Of a DNA stretch of 64,000 bases, positions 31,474 through 40,686 are shown in pieces. Source of the stretch: an uncultured delta proteobacterium (lineage in GTDB: Bacteria; Myxococcota_A; Polyangia; Polyangiales; JAFGIB01); the NCBI GenBank assembly GCA_963778655.1, contig CAVZVA010000003.1:384001-448000 (forward strand). The letters run 5' to 3'. The notes beneath the pieces are model-generated. The model was not told the origin of the DNA, searched no databases, and saw only the letters and a program-made list of their open reading frames with translations. The translations under genes were made by a program, and so were the position numbers. The stretch's first letter is position 1; every line of letters starts with the position of its first letter.

Positions 31474-32543
31474 CGGCCGCGTCGTGTCCCAGGCTGTTCG
31501 AGGTCGAAGCGATGCGCGACGGCCGTCTCACGGGCGCGGAGCGTGCTCGCTTCGAGCTGCACATGCGTGTGTGCGCCGCATGCGCGCGCGAGGCCGCCGC
31601 GCTGCAGGCCTTGGCGGAGGCCGTGCGCGCCGGCGTCGCGGGCGGCGCGCATGCCGACGCGCTTCACGTGCGGAGGCAGCGCACGCGCCTGCTCGCGGCC
31701 TTTGATCGCGCGCTGCTCGCGCCCGAGCGCCGACCGACTCGCAGTCGCCGCCTGCTGGTGGCGGCGGCGGGGGCCGGGGCGCTCCTCTGCGGCCTGCTTT
31801 GGCTCGTTAGCGCGCGCAGCGCAGCGCCGGCGGCGCCGGTGCCAACCCTGGTCGTGCGCGCCCGCGGTGCCGCGCGGTGGTCGCGGCGCTTGCAGGGCGA
31901 ACGAGAGCTGATCACGCTGGAGCACGGCACGCTCTTCGTGCACGTCGATCACCGCGGCGGCTCGACACAACGACGCCTGCTGGTGGCTCTGCCGGACGGC
32001 GAGCTCGAAGACGTGGGTACCACGTTCACCGTGAGCGCCGCGGAGGGCCACACCGCGCGGGTCGCAGTCGAGGAAGGCGAGGTCGTGCTGCGGCTGCGTG
32101 CTCAGCCGGCGCTGGTCATCGGCGCCGGCGGCACGTGGGCGCCGGTTGCACGGCCTGCGCCACCGGCCGCTTCCATCGCCTTGCCCTCGGCCGCCTCGCG
32201 CACGCCGGAGCGGCCGCGGAGCGCGCCGACGCGGGCGCACGCGGCACCAGCGCACGGCGGGGCGCACCCGGACCGGTCCGCGCGCTCAGCCGATCCGGCG
32301 CTCGAGTTCCGCGCCGCGATGGCCGCGCTCGACGCCGGCGACGACCACAGGGCGGCAGCGGGATTTGCCGAATTCATCGCGGCCCATCCGCACGACCCGC
32401 GCGCCGAGGACGCGGCATACCTGCGCATCCTGGCGCTGCAGCGCGCCGGAGACGAGGGCAGCATGAGGGCAGCGACGCTGGAGTACCTCGGCCGCTATCC
32501 GGCCGGGTTCCGCCGCAGCGAAGTGGAGCGCCTGGCGCGGTAA
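31470..32543 (+). CDS. Anti-sigma factor (zf-HC2, TM segment, FecR-like domain)
   Basis: HMRVCAAC zinc motif, TM helix, VGTTFTV…VAVEEGEV FecR motif, C-terminal YLGRYPAG. Confidence 0.85.
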   Translation: MTAASCPRLFEVEAMRDGRLTGAERARFELHMRVCAACAREAAALQALAEAVRAGVAGGAHADALHVRRQRTRLLAAFDRALLAPERRPTRSRRLLVAAAGAGALLCGLLWLVSARSAAPAAPVPTLVVRARGAARWSRRLQGERELITLEHGTLFVHVDHRGGSTQRRLLVALPDGELEDVGTTFTVSAAEGHTARVAVEEGEVVLRLRAQPALVIGAGGTWAPVARPAPPAASIALPSAASRTPERPRSAPTRAHAAPAHGGAHPDRSARSADPALEFRAAMAALDAGDDHRAAAGFAEFIAAHPHDPRAEDAAYLRILALQRAGDEGSMRAATLEYLGRYPAGFRRSEVERLAR

Positions 32544-32624
32544 CTGCAGAAGGACCTCGCCAACCTGGACGTGGCGCCCGACCGGACCACGATGCCCGTC
32601 GACGAACCGCGCACACCGGCCGAC

Positions 32625-32770
32625 AAGGTGAAGCGCGGCTGCGCGCCGAGCTGACCGCGACGTACGCGCCGCTCGATCCGTTGATGCCCGCCGAGGGGTC
32701 GTGGCATTCGCGGTGGCGGGTACGTGTCAACGTCGAGCCCGAGGAGCTCTTGGCGCTCGTCAGGACCTGA
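32625..32770 (+). pseudogene. C-terminal remnant of AbiEi-like type IV antitoxin
   Basis: TYAPLDPLMPAEGSWHSRWRVRVNV immediately upstream of an AbiEii-like gene; no N-terminus. Confidence 0.55.
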
Positions 32771-32773
32771 CGC

Positions 32774-33558
32774 ATGATTCCGCAGCGGAACCTGTCCTTG
32801 CTCTCGAATCGCCTCGCCCGCCACGGTGGTCGCCGCATCGTCGAGTCGGTGCTGGAACGCGACTATTGCCTCGCTTGGTTTCTGGTGGGCCTGTCGCGCT
32901 CGCCCCTTCGCGAAGCGCTCGTGTTCAAGAGAGGCACGGCGCCAAAACGCTGCTACTTCGGCGACTACCGCTTCTCCGAGGACCTCGACTTCACCCTCGC
33001 GGAGCCGCGCGAGCTCGATGCGATCCTCGCCGAGCTCGAATCGGTGTACGCGGAGGTCCAACGGGCATCGTGGTGCGATTCGCGCGCGCCGATCGCAAGA
33101 GCCACCAGAACAGCCACACCTTCTACCTGACGTACGAAGGACCGCCGCCTGCTGCTTCGCCGAGGGAGATCAAGGTCGACGTCACGATCCGTGAGCAATT
33201 CGTGCGACCTGCGAACGACCGACCCGTGTTGCGCGGGTACGAAGAGTACGCGGACCTGCCTGAAGACGCGGCGGTGCGCGTATACGCGCTCGAGGAGATC
33301 GGGGTCGAGAAGCTCGTCGCGCTCACCGACAAGGCCCGAAACGAGCCGCGAGATCTCTACGATCTCTGGCACCTGACGAGCGAGGGACTCGTCGACTTCG
33401 CTACACTCGTTCCGGAGATCGAAGCGAAGCTCGCATTCCGCGGTCGCACGCGCGACGCGATGACCGCCGAGATTGCGACGAAGGAGGCGCGCTACAAGAA
33501 GTTGTGGGCGGTTCGCCTCGGTCAGCAGATGGCAACCCTGCCGCCCTTTGACGCCGTC
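32774..33558 (+). pseudogene. AbiEii nucleotidyltransferase toxin, frameshifted and 3'-truncated
   Basis: LERDY, FKRGT (for FKGGT), RFSEDLDF; frameshift at ~33064-33070; EKL…RDLYD in second frame. Confidence 0.8.
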
Positions 33559-34022
33559 ACGTACGGCGGGAGCGATTCGGGCAGCGGCCGCTTTGCCAGC
33601 AGCAGTGGGGGTACGTGTTCATTGACCTCGAGTGCGGCGGCGAGCGGGTCATTCGCGCGCTTGCTTGCGCCCGCCGATCGAAAAGCGAGCAGCGCGCGCG
33701 TGTAGAGCCGGGTCGCGTAGATGTCTTCGTCGTACTCGGTCAGCAGCGCCGCGGCGTCGCGATTGCGGTCCAGCTCGATGAGCCAGGCGAGCAGCGTGTG
33801 GCGCACGCCCTGGTTGTCGTTCGGGTTGAGCCTCAGCAGCTCGTGTGCGTGCTCGACCGCTTGCGCCCGCTCCCCGAGCCCGCACGAGCACTCCGCGAGC
33901 GCCCAGCGCGCGCATGTGGGGCCGCGTCTCGAGCACGCTCCAGAAGTGGCCAGCGTCGCGTGCGAAGGTCTCGCGACCGAGCGCACGCTCTCCTGCCTCG
34001 ACGCCCTTGTGATCCAGCTGCC
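33559..34022 (-). pseudogene. TPR protein fragment (LRLNPNDNQGVR type), frameshifted at ~33905
   Basis: FWSVLETRPHMRA / RWALAEC…LLRLNPNDNQGVR split over two frames; truncated at both ends. Confidence 0.7.
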
Positions 34023-35405
34023 TCACGACAACGCGCCGACCGTCCGTATCAGCGCCTTCGTCGTCGCGGATGAACGTAACGCAATCGACTGGCTCACCAG
34101 TGCCGAACGCTCATCCGAAGGCACGTTCTTGAGTCCAACGGTCACCTGATCGAGCTGCCTTCGCCACGCCGCGACAGGGGGCGCAAGCCACCAGAAGCGC
34201 AGGACCTCGGCTCCGCGCGGCACGTCCTGCCAGAGGTCGGCTTGGCCATCGATGACGTCCTTCGCCCACTCTGGCTCAGCCATGCTGGTGCCGTGAAAGC
34301 CGTCGAGCCGTTGCCACTTCTCTCCGAGCAGCATGGGCGCGACGTAGCGATTGCTGGCGAATCCGGTGAGCAACACCTCGCCTACGTCTGCGTTCGATCC
34401 GTTCGACATGAGCGTCGCCAGAGCGAGGCCAAATGTGCAGCCCGGCTCCTCCCCCGATGTTCTGAGCAGGTGCGTCAGCGCGGCTTTTGCGTCGCCGACT
34501 CGCAGGTACTCGAGCCCAACCAGGAAACGCACGCCCTGATTGTCATCTGGGTTCAGGCGCAACAGCTCCTCGTGCAAGGAGAGCGCTTCACGCCAGCGGC
34601 GCTGTGCGGCGAGCGTGAGGGCCAGATTGCCAAGTGCGCGCAGGTAGGGTCGGTTCTCGTGGCACGCCCACGGAACGCGCTTACCGTCGCGCTCGAGCGA
34701 CCGGACGCCCCCTTCGGCGGCCGCGCGAAAGTGCTCCTCGGCCGGCTTGAGCTTGCCAGCGTCCAGGCTCGCAATCCCGAGGTGGTTATGCGCGTCGGCA
34801 TGCTGGGGATCGTGCTTGAGCACACGGCGAAACAAGGGCAGCGAACGACGCCGATCGTCAGCCCACCAGTGTTCCATGCCTTGGTCGAAGATCGACTCGA
34901 TCGACTCTTGGTTGACGGCCTGAGCGCGTACCATGGCCTTCTCCTTGTCGGCGACTTGCAAACGGGATGAGGGAAGCAGGCGCGACAGCGCCTCCAGAAG
35001 CGCATGCAGAGACGGCTTCATTCGCTCGACGAGGGCCGCATCCGCGGCCCGGGCCACGGAAAGCGTCGCAAGGTCTGAGGTCAGCTCGTTCGCGAGACGC
35101 TGAATCTTCCCGTCACGCCGGTGAAGGCCGCCGCTGGGCGCCGCGCTCCACTTGCGAAGCTCGTCCGCGAGCTTGTCCTTCAGTGCGTCCCAGTCGAACG
35201 CCACTTCTCGTTCCTTCCATGCGATCGACCGTGTCCACTTCGGCCATGCCGACGGGGAAAGCGCGTCTTCCAACTCGGCTGCCGAGGAGAAGCGGAATAG
35301 CTCGCGCTGCCGTACGCGCGACTCACCTGCGACCCGCTCATTGTGAACCAGGAGGACTTGCCCCCGCTTGCGGCGTATGAAAGGCATCTTGTAGTGCTCG
35401 TACAT
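34023..35405 (-). CDS. Tetratricopeptide repeat protein
   Basis: ADAHNHLG TPR, ENRPYLRAL, LLRLNPDDNQGVR; start may be the second Met (MPFIRRK). Confidence 0.75.
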   Translation of the reverse strand: MYEHYKMPFIRRKRGQVLLVHNERVAGESRVRQRELFRFSSAAELEDALSPSAWPKWTRSIAWKEREVAFDWDALKDKLADELRKWSAAPSGGLHRRDGKIQRLANELTSDLATLSVARAADAALVERMKPSLHALLEALSRLLPSSRLQVADKEKAMVRAQAVNQESIESIFDQGMEHWWADDRRRSLPLFRRVLKHDPQHADAHNHLGIASLDAGKLKPAEEHFRAAAEGGVRSLERDGKRVPWACHENRPYLRALGNLALTLAAQRRWREALSLHEELLRLNPDDNQGVRFLVGLEYLRVGDAKAALTHLLRTSGEEPGCTFGLALATLMSNGSNADVGEVLLTGFASNRYVAPMLLGEKWQRLDGFHGTSMAEPEWAKDVIDGQADLWQDVPRGAEVLRFWWLAPPVAAWRRQLDQVTVGLKNVPSDERSALVSQSIALRSSATTKALIRTVGALS

Positions 35406-35570
35406 ATCAAGAGGGCACTACGGATGTCAATGACCTCCCAGCGAAGGCTTCGCACGCGTCGGCCGGACCCGAAGCGCGACGCGACAGCTGTGCTGCCACT
35501 CGGAATCCATCCCGCTCATCGCATTCTCCTCCAGGCAGGTTTCGCGGCTTCCAACCCCTCGAAACAACTC

Positions 35571-35593
35571 GCGCGCCCGGAGGGATTCGAACC
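35571..35593. repeat. att core, distal copy (displaced tRNA-Arg 3' end)
   Basis: GCGCGCCCGGAGGGATTCGAACC identical to 46934-46956. Confidence 0.9.
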
Positions 35594-35735
35594 TCGGCTT
35601 CGCGCTTCGGAGAAATCGGTGTCGTGACGCGTGCTTGTGAGAAATTCCAAAGTGAGAACGCCGAGTTCAGTCGCGAAGGGCCGCTGCCGGCTCAGTCCGT
35701 CGCGTACCGTCTCGTTCCATCTGATTCCACCTCGT

Positions 35736-35763
35736 CGTGGCAACCACGTGGCAACGAAGACGG
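35736..35763 (+). repeat. Candidate integrase arm-type site pair (distal arm)
   Basis: CGTGGCAACCACGTGGCAACGAAGACGG; near-identical to 46856-46882. Confidence 0.65.
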
Positions 35764-35821
35764 CATGCCGCTATCGGCGAAGGCCGGAGGCTCACTTCGC
35801 CGCGGGTGCTAGGCTTGGTAC

Positions 35822-36040
35822 ATGGGTCCGAAGGCTGCAGAGGTCTTGGAGCGAGCGAAGACGCTCACCGAGGATGAGCGCCGCGAGCTCGCGATCGAGT
35901 TGCTGGACTCGGCCGTCGCCCCCGAGATCGAGCAGGCGTGGATCGACGAGGCACGACGGCGCGTAGCGGAAGTCGACTCCGGCGAAGTCGCCACGCTCTC
36001 CAACGACGAAGCGCTGCGGCTCATCGCTGCGGATGATTGA
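35822..36040 (+). CDS. Addiction-module antitoxin (TIGR02574-like)
   Basis: L..DERRELA.ELLDS…IEQAWIDEARRR…SGEV; overlaps toxin start. Confidence 0.8.
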   Translation: MGPKAAEVLERAKTLTEDERRELAIELLDSAVAPEIEQAWIDEARRRVAEVDSGEVATLSNDEALRLIAADD

Positions 36041-36334
36041 GCTGCGATGGCACCCAGCGGCAGCCAGGGAGGCGCAGGCCGTCCGCCGCTGGTACGAGGT
36101 CGAGCGCGATGTCCCAAGGTTGCCGCGCGTTTCCACGACGCGCTGGCAAGGGCGCTCGTGCAGATCGCGACGGCGCCTGAGCGCTGGCCGATTCTCGTGG
36201 ATGATCTGCGCTAGCGCCCTCTTCGAGGCTTTCCGCACCGTATTGTCTACCAAGTGCGCGGTGATCACGTGCTCATCGTTGCCGTGATGCACGAACGACA
36301 GCGACCGCAGCACTGGCGCGATCGTGTTCGCTGA
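36033..36334 (+). pseudogene. RelE/ParE toxin, frameshifted (~36112) with internal TAG (36212-36214)
   Basis: WHPAAARE…WYE then shifted frame ARFHDAL…PERWP…LR*RPLRGFPHRIVY…IVAVMHERQRPQHW. Confidence 0.8.
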
Positions 36335-36630
36335 GCTTCGGTCGAGTATTGGCGCGGTGCGCGGCGTATCGCTGTTGGGAGGCGAGGGGCGCTGGGCGGC
36401 GTGGAAATAGCGCGGCGGGCGCACGATCGGGCTTGTAGGCGGACCGCGTAGGGTGCTAGCCGTGGTCGGGATTGCGCCTGCATGGAGGACGTCGACCTCA
36501 GTCCAAGAGCTATCTCGGATGTGCGCTCGGCCGGAAATGATCAATGCTTCGTCTGCGCGGGCCGAAACGCAGTCAAGTAACGGGGCCAGTCAAGGACACG
36601 GGGCGACAGCCATTCTCTGGGTGGGGCATC

Positions 36631-38037
36631 ATGACGAGGCGAACCGATTGCATCTACTGCGGCGCAGAGACGGGCTCGCGAGAGCATCCGTTCCCCGCCG
36701 CCCTTGGCGGCCGACGCATGAACAAGGGCATCCTCTGTGGCGCGTGCAACGCAAAATTCTCCGCGCTAGATGAGCACCTTTCACGGCAGCTCAACTTCAT
36801 TAATGGCGTCATTGGCGTCCGACCGGACCACGCCAAAAGGCCCCGCCCAGCGCGAGTGAACTCTGCGGACGGGACCTTGACCATCGATCACACCGGCACC
36901 CCGTCATTCGCGGGTCCACGCGTGATTGCAGACGAGCCGCACGAGGATGGAGGTAGGCGCGTGTCTGTCGAGTTTGCCGACGAGCGACAGGCGCAGGAGT
37001 GGATAGCGCAGCAGAAGGCTGCGGGGACACCGGTCAAAGTGGAATCCCGGAGCGCGGGGCAGCGCTTTATTAGTGGAATACTTCCGATCGAGTGGTCCTT
37101 CGGAGGCGAGGATGCGTTTCGTGAAATCGGCCGCATCGCACTCAACTTCGTTGCGCAGCGCTGGCCTGATGCCGCGCGGAGCGATGGCCTTCAGGCGTTC
37201 AAGGACTGGGTGGAGGGCAAGCGCGTCCTGGCCGCAGGTGAGCCGCGCTTCGTCTGGTACGCGCCCGAGAACGCATTCCCAATCCCCGACTCGCCGTTCG
37301 AGTTCGGCCACCAGGTGCTGCTTGTCCGGGACGAGCACCAAACCTTCGGGCGCGTGCGCCTCTTCTCGACGTTTGACCTTTTCGTGTGGTTCGGGCCAGA
37401 GTGCGGCACTTCATCCGAGGCCGTGATTTTCAACATTGATCCACTTGCTGATCATCCACCCGGCGACCTTCTTGAGTCGGCGCCAGATCGATGGGCGTTG
37501 CCGGAGCAACTCATTCCGCCTACTGCGCCTACTGACGACCTCGCGCACCTCCTAGGCACACGGCTACGGTCTTTGCTGTCGCGCATAGCAGACCGTCAGT
37601 GGGCGCTTGGGACGCAAGGGCTCCTCGAGGGTCTGAACGCGACGCGGACGCTCAGTAGGCGCGAGCAAACCGATCGAGTCGGCGAGCTGATGCAGCCGCA
37701 CCGCGGGCGGGTCCTTTTCCTGGCGAGGGAGTTCGCCAAGGCGGCTCGCGGCCGAGCAACGGACGACTTGGGTCACACGTGCGCTGACATGGTAGACCTT
37801 TTGGTCGCTGCTGATCCGGACGGACACGAAGGATTGAGCACTACCGCCCAGGCCGCACTGCACGTTGCCTTGGCGGCCCTGGTAGAGCTGATAGTGCGCG
37901 ACCTGCATGACGGGCCGTTGACCGCTGAGCGGCTTCGTCTGCTTTTGGCTGGAGGGGCGGGCGCAGAGGCGATCGGACGCGCCCTCCTCCGCATGATAGT
38001 GATTGCGTTGGGGGGTCCGGATGGAGAGAGTTCATAG
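36631..38037 (+). CDS. HNH endonuclease (HNH_5-like N-terminus) with long uncharacterised C-terminal region
   Basis: CIYC…SREHPFPAALGG…LCGACN; visibly more A/T-ending codons than neighbours. Confidence 0.8.
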   Translation: MTRRTDCIYCGAETGSREHPFPAALGGRRMNKGILCGACNAKFSALDEHLSRQLNFINGVIGVRPDHAKRPRPARVNSADGTLTIDHTGTPSFAGPRVIADEPHEDGGRRVSVEFADERQAQEWIAQQKAAGTPVKVESRSAGQRFISGILPIEWSFGGEDAFREIGRIALNFVAQRWPDAARSDGLQAFKDWVEGKRVLAAGEPRFVWYAPENAFPIPDSPFEFGHQVLLVRDEHQTFGRVRLFSTFDLFVWFGPECGTSSEAVIFNIDPLADHPPGDLLESAPDRWALPEQLIPPTAPTDDLAHLLGTRLRSLLSRIADRQWALGTQGLLEGLNATRTLSRREQTDRVGELMQPHRGRVLFLAREFAKAARGRATDDLGHTCADMVDLLVAADPDGHEGLSTTAQAALHVALAALVELIVRDLHDGPLTAERLRLLLAGGAGAEAIGRALLRMIVIALGGPDGESS

Positions 38038-38192
38038 ACAGCGAGAGCGACCGGCCGCTTGTGCGCGAAGCGCGGACGATCCGGTCGACTGCGCCGAGGC
38101 GTTCGTCTCGCCCGGCAACGAGCGCTGAGAGAGCGGGGGCACGCGCACATGAGCCCCGGCGATCCCGGGCTCGACGGTGCGGATCGCGACGC

Positions 38193-39629
38193 TCAGGTCC
38201 GGGGCGGACCGCGCAATGCGCTCGCGCACTTCCGAGCCCGCGCCTTCAGGACGTTCGCGAGGCGCTCGAGGATCGGGTGGTCGAGCCCGTTCTGACTGCA
38301 CTCGTCGTGAACGGCCTCGGCTGCTGGCGGCAGGGCCGCGCACAGCTCGCGGCAGCGTGCGAGGAAGACGCCGCGGTCGAGGCCGAGCTCCTCACCGGTC
38401 TTGCGCAGCTCGCGTGCGCCGATCTCCCGCACGCGGTAGTGGCCGCCGAGCTTCATGGCGAGCTTGAGCTTGTTCGGGTCGAGCTCCGGAAAGGGCAGCG
38501 CGCTCGCGAGGTCGTAGAGCGGGGCGAGGCGCACTCGGCCGCCGCGCCCGTGCAAGAGCGAGTAGTTCTTCGCGTGCGCGTCGGTGCCCGCGATGAGCCA
38601 GTTGTAGACGAGCGCATCCGCGAACGTCTGCACGTCGTCGGCGGGCCGATCGGACGCCGCGCGGAGCAGCTCTGCAATTTGCCCGGGTGAGGGGCCGCCT
38701 TCGTTCTGATACTTCGCCTGCGGCCTCACGCCGAGCGCCTGGCACAGATCCTCCTGGTGCAGGCGCAGCACTGGTTGCTGCTTGCCAAGCTCCGTGAAGC
38801 CAACCGCTCGAGCTGCGGCTCCCGCTGCACGCGCGGCGCCTCCTGCGTCACCTGTCGCAGCGGCAGCGGCCGCCTCGGCAGCCGCCTGCGCTGCCATCGC
38901 GGCCGCCGCGGAGGCAGTGAGCCGGACGCGGTCATAGCGCTCGATGACGATCGCGACCTCGTCGCCGAAGCGCTGCACGCTGGACTCTGCCGTGGGCAGG
39001 CCCAGCGCGCGCGCGAGGCGCAGGCAGAAGTGCTCGTCCTCGATCTGCCCGTGGAGCCCGGTGGCAGGGGGCTTGAGAATGTGAGTCGTCGGCGTTGCCC
39101 CGAGCGGAAGACCCCAGCGGCGGCCATCGAAGTAAAGCGCGGTCTTGGGCTGCGCACCAGCGAGGCTGAACTGACCTGCGTCACCTGCGCGGCGCCACGC
39201 GGTCTCGTCGGCGCGCAGGGCGGCAAGGCGTTGAGCGACGTCCCTCCGCGTGAGCCACTGGACCTGCGGCGCTGCCTGAGGGCGCAGTAGCGCGTCCATG
39301 CGCTCCTCAGGCACGATCTGCACCGCGCCGGCACAGTCCTCGCCTACGTGCGCGAGCAATGCGAAAGGGTTGCGCGCGGAAACGTGAAACTGCCCGGCCC
39401 AGCGTTCGAGCACGCGCTCGTTGTCGGGCAAGAGGCCCCACAAGAACGCTTCGATCGCGTCGTGGCCGTGCTCACGGCGCACGATCGGTAGGGACAGAGA
39501 GAGGGCAACCGCATCGGCAGTGTCACGCAAGGCTGCGTCATAGACGAAGCGCAGGCGCAGGTTTCGATCACAGAACAGCGTGCCAACGCGCGCCCCATAC
39601 ATGAGCACGGCGAGCGACTTCTCGATCAC
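38193..39629 (-). CDS. hipA: HipA family Ser/Thr kinase toxin
   Basis: GLLPD, FSLAGAQPK, THILKP, ERYDR, HQED, TDAHAKNYS, LAPLYD; GTG start overlaps hipB stop. Confidence 0.92.
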   Translation of the reverse strand: MIEKSLAVLMYGARVGTLFCDRNLRLRFVYDAALRDTADAVALSLSLPIVRREHGHDAIEAFLWGLLPDNERVLERWAGQFHVSARNPFALLAHVGEDCAGAVQIVPEERMDALLRPQAAPQVQWLTRRDVAQRLAALRADETAWRRAGDAGQFSLAGAQPKTALYFDGRRWGLPLGATPTTHILKPPATGLHGQIEDEHFCLRLARALGLPTAESSVQRFGDEVAIVIERYDRVRLTASAAAAMAAQAAAEAAAAAATGDAGGAARAAGAAARAVGFTELGKQQPVLRLHQEDLCQALGVRPQAKYQNEGGPSPGQIAELLRAASDRPADDVQTFADALVYNWLIAGTDAHAKNYSLLHGRGGRVRLAPLYDLASALPFPELDPNKLKLAMKLGGHYRVREIGARELRKTGEELGLDRGVFLARCRELCAALPPAAEAVHDECSQNGLDHPILERLANVLKARARKCASALRGPPRT

Positions 39630-39910
39630 TGGCGCTTGCCCCGCGCGCGCTCGAGGACGGCGTCGAGATCGATGGCGGGCGGCGTGGCCGAGGGCGCGAT
39701 CGGAAGCTTGCCGAGCCAGAGAGGCAGATCGAGCGCCTTCAACGTGCGCATCACCAAGCCGAGCGCTGCACCGGGCTTGCCCTGCTCGATTGCGATCACC
39801 CACTGGCGGCTCACGCCCGCTCGACGCGCGAGCTCGGCCTGATCGAGCCCGAGCTGCTTGCGGCGGTCCTGGATCGCGAGGCCGATTTCCTTGGGGGTAC
39901 GGACGTGCAT
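39626..39910 (-). CDS. hipB: HipB-like Xre antitoxin
   Basis: RRKQLGLDQAELARRAGVSRQWVIAIEQGK HTH, directly upstream of hipA. Confidence 0.88.
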   Translation of the reverse strand: MHVRTPKEIGLAIQDRRKQLGLDQAELARRAGVSRQWVIAIEQGKPGAALGLVMRTLKALDLPLWLGKLPIAPSATPPAIDLDAVLERARGKRQ

Positions 39911-39920
39911 TACGGCGCTG

Positions 39921-39994
39921 TGTCAATGATCGGTGACATCTCCTGGAATGTCAACGAATGACGACATCTAGTAGCATGTCTTCGATCGTAGATA
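39921..39994. promoter_or_regulatory. Three HipB operator palindromes
   Basis: TGTC-N10-GACA at 39921 and 39949 and TGTC-N10-GATA at 39977; 18-bp sites with 28-bp period. Confidence 0.75.
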
Positions 39995-40104
39995 TACCCG
40001 CCCCGACCGGGATGCGGGGCGGACCCGTGCTACCGCAACTGATGGGCCACGCCCTTGCGCAAGACCGGCGAACACCGTATCTTTGCTCCCGGAGAAAAAA
40101 GACG

Positions 40105-40686
40105 GTGACTGCCGCTGCTCAGCCGACCTTCGAGCCCGGCCGCGTGTATCGCACGCGGGAGCTTGGGCAGTGGAGCGCCAATGCCCCGCGGCTCGCGCAG
40201 CGGCTCGTCCGGGACGGGCAGCTCGTGCAGCTCGCGCACGGGCTCTTCGCGGCGCCGAAGCGCAGCCGCTTCGGAGATGTGCCGCCGACGGATGAGGCGC
40301 TGCTCCGCGCCTTCCTCGATGGCGAGCCGTTCGTGTTCACCGGCCCTGAGCGCTGGAATGCCCTCGGCCTCGGGACGACCGCGGTGTTTGCGACGCCCCT
40401 CGTCTACAACACCAAGCGCTCGGGTCGCTTTAGCTTCGGTGGTCGGCAGTTCCTGCTGCGTCGTGTGGCCTTCCCCGAAAAGCCGTCGCCCGAGTGGTTC
40501 GTCGTGGACCTCTTCGAGAACGCCGAGCAGGCTGCGGCCGCGCGGGAAGACCTGGGGGGCGCGCTCGAGGCTGCACTGCGCGCGGGCAAGTTCGACCGTG
40601 ACCGACTCGCATCGATGTCGACACGTTACGGCTCGCGGCGCACGCAGGCGCTCGTGAAGGCAGCGCTCGGAGCGTCGGCGCGATGA
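40105..40686 (+). CDS. AbiEi-like type IV antitoxin (winged-helix; DUF6088-like)
   Basis: RLVRDGQLVQLAHGLFAAPKRSRFG, WNALGLGTT; coupled to AbiEii; start uncertain. Confidence 0.7.
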   Translation: MTAAAQPTFEPGRVYRTRELGQWSANAPRLAQRLVRDGQLVQLAHGLFAAPKRSRFGDVPPTDEALLRAFLDGEPFVFTGPERWNALGLGTTAVFATPLVYNTKRSGRFSFGGRQFLLRRVAFPEKPSPEWFVVDLFENAEQAAAAREDLGGALEAALRAGKFDRDRLASMSTRYGSRRTQALVKAALGASAR

